Of a stretch of DNA of 64,000 bases, positions 36,482-44,800 are shown piece after piece. Position 1 is the stretch's first letter. Each line of letters begins with the position of its first letter. A model generated the notes under the pieces. It did not search any database, was not told the origin of the DNA, and worked only from the letters and a program-made list of their open reading frames with translations. Both the position numbers and the translations under genes were made by a program. Source of the DNA: a virus; the IMG/VR virus record IMGVR_UViG_3300021373_002801, positions 12,581-76,580 of that record; one strand, written 5' to 3'.

Positions 36482-37768
36482 ATGGCATCAAACCAAGCAC
36501 CAATAGTAGACAGAATTAGAATTATACCACGTCCCGACGACTTTCTTGATAGAAACGTTGGAAATAGTGGCGAAGTATTTTTTGATAAACAGTCTAATAC
36601 ATTAAGATTATATTCTGGTAATTTAGCAGGTGGATATAGTGTACTAACTGATAAAAATATTAGTGAACACATACTTTCTTCTGGTGTAGGTGTAGTTGAA
36701 TATGTTGTTACTGTTCAATCAGGTGATCACGGAGAAGGCGATCACGGAAATGTTTATAACATTGATGGCCAATATAAACCCCAACTAAATTTAGTCACAG
36801 GTTTTACATATGTCTTTAATCAAAACGATCAAACAAACGAATTTTGGCCTAATGCACAAGGTGGTGTTGCAAATCCGCATCCTTTAAGTTTTTCAGCAGA
36901 TGATGTAAACGGAGAACTGGGAGTTGGTACAACTTATCTAACAAATGTAATTTACAAATTAGAAAATGATATTGTTACAAAAGCACAATATGTAGCAGGA
37001 TTTGCAAAAAGTACCCAACGCAGCGTACAAATAACAATTACAAGTGCTACACCTGCCACTTTACATTATTATTGTACGAACCATGCGGGTATGGGTAACA
37101 CTTTAAATAGTGCTGATCCAGGCGCAGGTGGTTCAGCTGCAAGTATTAGTGTAAGTGATACATCACCTGATAATCCTGCTAGTGGTGCAATTTGGTATAA
37201 TAGTACAAATGGTATACTTTATGTCTATGTAGCAGATGGCGATAGCAATCAATGGGTACAACCCACAGCACCTTTCCAAAATATTACTGCAATAACAGAT
37301 TTAGGAATTGCAGATGGAACTAATGGTCAAGTATTGACTACAGACGGAAGCGGAGCATTTACATTTCAGGATCCTGCTACAGGTGATTCTAACGGCAATT
37401 TTACAATAGGTAATAGTATTATTGATACAGACGATAGTAGTGGAATAACAATAACTCCTCCAGTAACTACATCATCAGACTTAACTGTAGAGAATGATTT
37501 AAGTGTACGTAACACTGCATATGCAAATAATTTTGTATCTACATCAAATGGTACGCCTACAATAGATAGTGCTACTGTAATAAATTTATCTAGTCAAGAT
37601 GGAACTGTTGTTAGTGGAGGTCCATTTAGGTTACCTAGTTATACAAACTCTCAGAGAGATGCGTTATCGGCTGTCAACGGCGATATGATATACAACACCC
37701 AAGACAATAAAATCCAAGCATATATAAATGGAACATGGCGTAGATTAGACGATTCAGGAATAGTCTAA
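36482..37768 (+). CDS. Virion structural/fibre-associated protein with a cupredoxin-like (H...CxxHxxM) domain
   Basis: PHPLSFS...LHYYCTNHAGMG; fibre motifs GTNGQVLTTDGSG; C-terminal LPSYT..QRD...GDMIYNT module. Confidence 0.7.
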   Translation: MASNQAPIVDRIRIIPRPDDFLDRNVGNSGEVFFDKQSNTLRLYSGNLAGGYSVLTDKNISEHILSSGVGVVEYVVTVQSGDHGEGDHGNVYNIDGQYKPQLNLVTGFTYVFNQNDQTNEFWPNAQGGVANPHPLSFSADDVNGELGVGTTYLTNVIYKLENDIVTKAQYVAGFAKSTQRSVQITITSATPATLHYYCTNHAGMGNTLNSADPGAGGSAASISVSDTSPDNPASGAIWYNSTNGILYVYVADGDSNQWVQPTAPFQNITAITDLGIADGTNGQVLTTDGSGAFTFQDPATGDSNGNFTIGNSIIDTDDSSGITITPPVTTSSDLTVENDLSVRNTAYANNFVSTSNGTPTIDSATVINLSSQDGTVVSGGPFRLPSYTNSQRDALSAVNGDMIYNTQDNKIQAYINGTWRRLDDSGIV

Positions 37769-37769
37769 C

Positions 37770-40700
37770 ATGGAAAAAGAATACACAGTAGTTGTACATA
37801 AAGGTGTAAATTTAGTAGAATTAGAATCTGAAATTACAGCAAGTTCAGGTGCCGGACCTATTCCAAATAGGAGTGTCGATATAGCTAATCCAAGACCTGG
37901 ATCAAAAAGACAAACACATTTTATGCTTACAGACGAAGAAGCAACTGCTCTTGAAGCGGATAGTAGGGTGCTTGCTGTTGAAATTCCTCCCGACCAACGA
38001 ACAGATATCCAAATAGGATTAAATTCAACACAATTAGGTAATTTTACAAAACCTGTAACATTTGATAATAACACTTATATTAATTGGGGGTTGCGTAGAA
38101 GTATAATGGAACTTAATAGTTACGGAAGCGGAATAACAGCAGATAATACATTTCCTTATGCACTCACAGGTAAGGGCGTAGACATAGTTATTCAAGATAG
38201 CGGTATACAACCAGACCATCCTGATTTTATAGATAGCAATGGCATTAGCAGAGTCAAACCAATAGACTGGTATACAGCACAATCAGTTGTAAGTGGGACA
38301 CAGAGTTCAAATTATAATAGAGATTTTGACGGACACGGAACTTTGTGTGCAAGTATTACAGCAGGAAATATATACGGATTTGCTAAAGATGCACATCTAT
38401 ACTCTATGAAAATTGCAGGTTTAGAAGGTCCTGGAGATGCAGGATCAGGAACTCCTGTAGCCGATTGTTTTGATGTTATAAAAGAATGGCATAATGCTAA
38501 AACAAATGGCCGTCCAACTGTTGTTAATATGAGTTGGGGATATTCTAGCTCAGTAACTGGTGACCCAACAAGCGGAACATACCAAGGATCACCTTGGGTA
38601 TGGGGAGTTGACTACACAACTGATCTTTCTTTATGGCAAAATACTGGTATTGTTATTCCTGTAGCAGGAGATACTCGTAGAATACCTGTAAGAATAGCAT
38701 CAGTAGATGCAGATGTCGACGAATTGATTGCAGCCGGAGTACATGTTGCGATTGCTGCCGGAAATGATTATTACAAAGGCGATGTATCGGGCGGTGATGA
38801 TTATGATAACACTGTAATATTTGGTGCTAGTACTTTATTTTATGCTAGAGGTTCTAGTCCACACAGTGATGATTGTTTTATGGTTGGAAATATAGATACT
38901 ACTGTGTTTGATGAAAACGGAGTATACAAAGACAGAACTAGAGGTAGTAGTTCTAAAGGTCCTAGAGTAAATATTTGGGCACCTGGAACCAACATTGTAG
39001 GAGCAACAAGCACTACAAATATTTACACAACCCTAGATAGTCCAATAGATGATACATTTAAAATTGTTAGCAATTCAGGTACAAGTTTTGCTGCACCACA
39101 AGTAGCAGGAGTAGCTGCACTTCATTTACAAGTAAATGCAAACAGCACACCAGCACAACTAAAAACAAAATTATTAGCCGAAGCTAAACCAGTAATGTAC
39201 GATACTGCATCAGACACAGATTATGCTGCTTTTACTACAAGTTTATTAGGGGCATCAAACAAAGTGTTATTCGACAAGTACGGTAGACAGCCTGTAGAAG
39301 TAAACGGAGCAAATCTTAAATTAGAGGGAATTTTTCCTAACTATACTTCAGCTGCACCTGCAATAGATCCAGAATATAACAACGGTGCAATTATTGATCT
39401 TACTGGCGATGGTAGCGATTTCTTTAGTAGAGAAGTTACAGTTAATGGTGTAAGAATTGTGGCGGCAGGAACTGTCGGCGGCCAAACAGCAGTGCCTGAT
39501 GCCTTTGTTGAAAAGGTAGCACGTATGTTTGAATTGTTTACAGATCCAAATGGTGCAGGCATTAACGAAACATCACAGCGTACATTTATTAAAACGCTAA
39601 GTGGTGACGCAGGAACTTATCACGCAGCAGTTGGCCCAACGTTACAACGAGTAGCAAGAGGTGCTGGTGCTGATTACACACCAAACTTCTTAACTGATGC
39701 AGGTATTGCTTCTTATAACTTGTCACCACTATTTGATAGTCACGTTGCCAACGATATGGTTTGGTATCTAAACTCAACTGGTGATGCCCCTGGAGACGGC
39801 GACAATGATGCACAAGAAGTAATTGAACACGTATTTCATACATTACATATGCACGGTCTTGACGCAGTATCATTAAAGATGTATCCATATATTAGTGCAG
39901 ACTGGGCAAGTGGTCCATTATATGCGGCTATGGAAGAAGCATACGATGCAGGCAAATGGGATTCATCAGGATATGGCGGAAACGCTTGGAAGACTGATGG
40001 AGATGCATTTGAAGTAGCAGCTAAAGAATATTTGTTTTTGTTAAACTTTGGTATGTTTGAATACTCAAGTCTATGGGATGGTGGAAGTCTTAGTCCTGAA
40101 TGGACAGACGATATGCGTACACAATCCGGCATACAAGCAAATAACCCATTAGGCTATGCATTACACAATACATATATTGCTCCTGTTATTAGTAAGCCTT
40201 CGTTGACAACAATTAGAACTATATTCCAAGACGGTGACGTAGGCGATCCTACACTAGCAGGTGCATCAGGATATGTAGTAGACACAGGTGCAAGTAATGT
40301 TGTTGTTCAAGAAAATACAACATTAGAACAAAATCTAACAGTAAACGGTAATACTAATTTACAAGGTACTACAATTAATGGTACACTAACGCACAGTGGC
40401 AATCGTGTACAAACAGGCAATGTTGCACTAACAGGTTCACTAACAGCAGGACTACTAACGCTTTCAAGACCTCTACAGGTTGGTGATATTAAAATTAGTG
40501 GAAATGTAGTTGAAACTGTGGTTTCTAATTCTAATTTAGATTTACGTGCAAGCGGCACTGGATTAGTTAAATTACAAGAAGCAGTAGATATACAAAATGA
40601 TCTAAGTGTGCGTAATTTTAATGTTGACAGTATATCTGTTGCCAACAGTGTTGACTTAGAAATAATTGAACTTAGTACTGATGTACAATTTGAAGATAAC

Positions 40701-41681
40701 ACTATTACTACTACAAATTCTAACAGTAATCTAGAACTTAGGGCTGCTGGTACTGGAAGCGTTTACTTACAAAATATAGAAATAACACAAGACAGTATTA
40801 GCACTAGGACACCAATTGACAGTACAGCATCTAGTATTACACTAGCACCAACAGAAAATTTAATAGTTAATTCAACTGCGTCACTACAAGTTCCAAGAGG
40901 CACTACACTACAACGAGTTGTTTCTCAAGATACATTCTTAGATGGCGGGGCAGCAATAAACAGCGCAAGTATACTAGACGGTGGTAATGCTTCTACAGTA
41001 TTTGGTGCAAGTGATACCATTTACAATTCAGGTGGCGCAGTACTAACTACATCTGGAAACATAGGCGATATTAGATTTAATACCAGCGATAGCGTATTTG
41101 AAGCTACTGGAGCAACTAGTACAATCTCACTAGGCGGAGTTTACTCAGCAGATAGACAAACTAGTATTACTGCTGATCCTACATCAAATACTATTAGATT
41201 TATTGTTAACGGTTCGTCAAATCCACTAGATAGTTCAAGTTTAGTAGGGGAAGTTACAGGCGAAGGTCTTACAATACACGGGTTACAAACTGATGATATA
41301 CTATTAGATAACAATGTTATTAGCACAACAGTTTCTAATTCAAATTTAGATTTAGCAGCAAACGGTACTGGAAAATTAGTATTAGACGATTTGTCATTTA
41401 ACAGTAACTTTATACAAGATAATGGCAATAATCTTATAGTTAAACATACTAATTTTGGTCACGCAAAAATATCAGGAACTTATGGTGTTGTAGTTCCAAA
41501 CGGAACTACTGTAGTGCCGTCACCTGCGCCACAGCTCGGTGATACTAGATGGAACACTACTTCTAACTTGTTAGAGACTTGGGACGGTGCAACTTATGTA
41601 ACTTCCGCAGGTGTTGCCGCAGCAATTACGGCTGAAGAATTTGATGATCTCCTCTTAGAATTCACTCTAATATTTGGGTAA
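37770..41681 (+). CDS. Subtilisin-family (S8) serine protease fused to an uncharacterised His/Glu-motif domain and tail-fibre-type repeats
   Basis: VDIVIQDSG (Asp), DGHGT (His), AAGN (oxyanion Asn), SGTSFAAPQVAG (Ser). C-terminal SNLELRAxGTG repeats shared with 41843..47608. Confidence 0.85.
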   Translation: MEKEYTVVVHKGVNLVELESEITASSGAGPIPNRSVDIANPRPGSKRQTHFMLTDEEATALEADSRVLAVEIPPDQRTDIQIGLNSTQLGNFTKPVTFDNNTYINWGLRRSIMELNSYGSGITADNTFPYALTGKGVDIVIQDSGIQPDHPDFIDSNGISRVKPIDWYTAQSVVSGTQSSNYNRDFDGHGTLCASITAGNIYGFAKDAHLYSMKIAGLEGPGDAGSGTPVADCFDVIKEWHNAKTNGRPTVVNMSWGYSSSVTGDPTSGTYQGSPWVWGVDYTTDLSLWQNTGIVIPVAGDTRRIPVRIASVDADVDELIAAGVHVAIAAGNDYYKGDVSGGDDYDNTVIFGASTLFYARGSSPHSDDCFMVGNIDTTVFDENGVYKDRTRGSSSKGPRVNIWAPGTNIVGATSTTNIYTTLDSPIDDTFKIVSNSGTSFAAPQVAGVAALHLQVNANSTPAQLKTKLLAEAKPVMYDTASDTDYAAFTTSLLGASNKVLFDKYGRQPVEVNGANLKLEGIFPNYTSAAPAIDPEYNNGAIIDLTGDGSDFFSREVTVNGVRIVAAGTVGGQTAVPDAFVEKVARMFELFTDPNGAGINETSQRTFIKTLSGDAGTYHAAVGPTLQRVARGAGADYTPNFLTDAGIASYNLSPLFDSHVANDMVWYLNSTGDAPGDGDNDAQEVIEHVFHTLHMHGLDAVSLKMYPYISADWASGPLYAAMEEAYDAGKWDSSGYGGNAWKTDGDAFEVAAKEYLFLLNFGMFEYSSLWDGGSLSPEWTDDMRTQSGIQANNPLGYALHNTYIAPVISKPSLTTIRTIFQDGDVGDPTLAGASGYVVDTGASNVVVQENTTLEQNLTVNGNTNLQGTTINGTLTHSGNRVQTGNVALTGSLTAGLLTLSRPLQVGDIKISGNVVETVVSNSNLDLRASGTGLVKLQEAVDIQNDLSVRNFNVDSISVANSVDLEIIELSTDVQFEDNTITTTNSNSNLELRAAGTGSVYLQNIEITQDSISTRTPIDSTASSITLAPTENLIVNSTASLQVPRGTTLQRVVSQDTFLDGGAAINSASILDGGNASTVFGASDTIYNSGGAVLTTSGNIGDIRFNTSDSVFEATGATSTISLGGVYSADRQTSITADPTSNTIRFIVNGSSNPLDSSSLVGEVTGEGLTIHGLQTDDILLDNNVISTTVSNSNLDLAANGTGKLVLDDLSFNSNFIQDNGNNLIVKHTNFGHAKISGTYGVVVPNGTTVVPSPAPQLGDTRWNTTSNLLETWDGATYVTSAGVAAAITAEEFDDLLLEFTLIFG

Positions 41682-41694
41682 TATACCCCTTTTT
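41676..41694 (+). terminator. Weak intrinsic terminator-like hairpin
   Basis: GGGTA-ATA-TACCC followed by CTTTTT, overlapping the stop codon of the protease gene. Confidence 0.35.
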
Positions 41695-41703
41695 CACATA
41701 ATC

Positions 41704-41711
41704 GATAAATA
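41704..41711 (+). promoter_or_regulatory. Late promoter-like box GATAAATA
   Basis: Intergenic, about 130 nt upstream of ATG 41843. Confidence 0.65.
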
Positions 41712-41716
41712 CTATT

Positions 41717-41842
41717 AATGCAACGCAGACCAGTATCATTCTATGTTTGATATGCTGAGCAGGACGAACTGTGGTTATCCGGCAAAGAGCGCAAGCTGAA
41801 AATTTGGGTAGAGGGACAGGATCCCCGTATTGAGGAGTACAG
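41717..41842 (+). ncRNA. Candidate structured 5' leader RNA
   Basis: Longest intergenic stretch in the window and GC-richer than other spacers. Stems: TATCA/TGATA, TATCCGG/TTGGGTA enclosing an AGC-GCAA-GCT GNRA hairpin, and GGGA-CAGGA-TCCC, then a GAGGAG RBS. Confidence 0.4.
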
Positions 41843-44800
41843 ATGAGCGCACTTGGTCGTATTAGCGGTCCGCTCTTAAAGTCAAATCTTATCCGTAATG
41901 GAATAGATCTGGCGTTTGAGACAGATCTGCTGTATTTAGATGTAAACAACCAGCGAATTGGTGTTAAAACCACGAATCCTCAATACGAGTTAGATGTCAC
42001 AGGTACAACACGTACAACAAATTTAATAGTAACTAATAGAGCAGATATTGGAGATGTAAATATCCAAAATAACACCATCTGGAGTGATGGTCAATATCTT
42101 AACTTAGGTACTTTGGATAACGTTATATACCAAAATAAATTACGTGTAGATGATATTGATATTGAAGGCAATGTTATCAGCACAAACACTTCTAATAGCA
42201 ATTTAGAACTTCGTCCTAACGGCACTGGTACTGTAGAAGTACTATCAGATATGAATGTGTCCGGAAACATCCACGCAACTGGAAATATAAGTGCGGACGG
42301 CAATATTACACTAGGTGATGCCGATACTGATAACGTAACTTTTAATGCTGAAATTGCTAGTAATATTATTCCAGATCAAGATAGAACATATTCACTTGGT
42401 ACAGCTGGAACAGAATATGCATCAGGAACCGATTATACAATTGGCGATGCTACAATAGTAATATCAAGTGGAACTGGAACACTAAGTGTTCCGGCTGCTG
42501 GCGTTGCTTGGATTGACGATGTTACGTCTGAAACAACAGGATATTATTATCTAATAACAATAGAAGCACAAATTGGTACTAGGTATGCTGCAACTACTAC
42601 AGCAAATTGGACAGGGTCAAACCCGCAAACAGTTACAGTTAATATTCCCGGCGCACCAGACGGAACATACAATGTAGTACAAATAAACAAAGATGCTAAA
42701 CGTTGGGATGATATTTGGGTTAAGAACATTAGAACTGACGGTATTAATACTGGAACTATTGTTGTTGACGGAATCAACTTAACACTGCGTCAAGGAAATA
42801 TTTATTACGTTAGTGAAAATGGTGACGACACTAACTACGGTGATCACCCCCAAGACCCATTTGCATCATTATCATATGCACTAAGTGTTGCAGCAATAGA
42901 TATAGGAAACGGAGAACTTCCTCCTACTATTCATATTACTCCGGGTGTGTACACAGAAACATTTCCATTAACAGTTCCAGCAGGAGTTACAGTTAAAGGT
43001 GAAAATTTAAGAAGTGTAAAAATTGTACCTACAACTGAAACACGATACAACGATGCATTTTTGTTAAATGGTGAAACTACTGTAGAAGATGTCACAGTTG
43101 CAGATTTTTATAGTGGCGGAGTATTTACTAACGCACTTAGCGGCGGAATAGGCGACACACTAGTTAATGTTGGAACAGCACCATTTGCTCACACATATGT
43201 AAGCGGTGGAACAATTGAAATTGCCGGCACAGAATATAATATTTCTAATGCAATATACATACACCAAAACGGAATACTAGAAATATTCCACTCAGGACCT
43301 GGTGCAACTATTGGCGATCCAGTTTTTATTAAAGGTCTCGTATTTAGTTGCAACGGCGGCACAAGAACATTCCCTGACAACGGATATGCTTTCCGCTTTG
43401 CAACAGATTTTCAAGTAACAAGTCGTAGTCCATACATTAAAAATGTATCTGTAATTACAAAAGGTAGTACTGTTACAGCAGATGATCCTAGAGGATTTTT
43501 ATCAGGAGACGCTGGTAAAGGGGCATATGTTGATGGAGCATATGCAACAGCAGCATCACGAGAAGCAGCAATGCTATTCCATAGTGCAACATTTATTACA
43601 CCAGGTGTCGATGCATTAACAGCAACCAACGGTGCTAGAATAGAATGGTTAAACTCGTTTACATATTTTGCTAATAGAGGACTATATGCATTTGATAGTA
43701 ACGATGGGTTAAAAGGCGCTGGTAAGACACGTATTAGATTAAGTGGACTTTCAGGAACTGCACCAGCAGCAAGTCAAACAGTAACATTTACATCAACCGA
43801 CAGTTCAACTGTAGTTGGACCTTTAACAATTGAAAGTGTTGAAGGTGGTGACATTCTTATAGTTGATGGTAAAGATACAGACCTAATAGGCTTTGATACA
43901 ACGCCGGCTAGTATTACATTTAGTGGCGGCGGAACTGCTACAAAAATCGAAAATGTTGACGTAAAAGACTTCGGTGCTGAAATACGTATGATCGGTAGTG
44001 CCAGTGTTTACGGTAACTTTGGACTAGTAGGCGACGGAGAAGGTGTACTAGTATATGCTATTGGACATAACCTAGCATACATTGGTAATGGTAAAGAAGT
44101 TACTAACGAACCTAGTTCAGTTATACAAGCAAATGAAGTTGTAGAAACAAATGGAGCTCAAATACGTTTTAACTCAGTTGACCACAAAGGCGATTTTAGA
44201 GTTGGTGACTTATTTTATGTTAACCAAGAAACTGGTAGTGCAGCATTTAGTGTAAGTGACTTTATTATTAATACTAGTAACGGAGTCTCATTTAATACCG
44301 GAAGCGATACTACATTTGTTGACGGTACAAAAGTCGAAACAGGCGATTGGAGATTCAGTGGCAACACTGTTGAAACACTAACACAAGATGCTAATTTTGC
44401 AGCGGCAAGCGGTACAATTAATTTACAAGATAATACAAATATTACAGGTGACTTAGATGTTACAGGTAATGTAACTATCGGCGGCAACATTACTATAGGT
44501 GATGAAGCAACTGATACTATACAATTTGTAGCAGGAATAGATAGTGACATTGTTCCAAGATTAGATAGCACATACAGTTTGGGTACTGCATCAAAAACTT
44601 GGAGTAACTTATATGCTAATCAAGTTAACGTAGATGACATACAAATTCGTGACAACTATATCACAACTACTGTTTCAAACAGTGATTTAGAATTACGTGC
44701 AAGCGGAACTGGCGAAGTACGTGTACCCAGCAACGATGTACAAATTGACAACGATCTAACTGTTGACGGAACTGTAACCCTTGCTAATACAAGTATCACA

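Noticed and set aside
41717-41842. c-di-GMP-I riboswitch, hammerhead ribozyme or tRNA
   Set aside because: Only fragments (GGCAAA, CTGAG) resemble those cores; the full consensus or a cloverleaf cannot be built by eye. Retained only as an unassigned structured leader.
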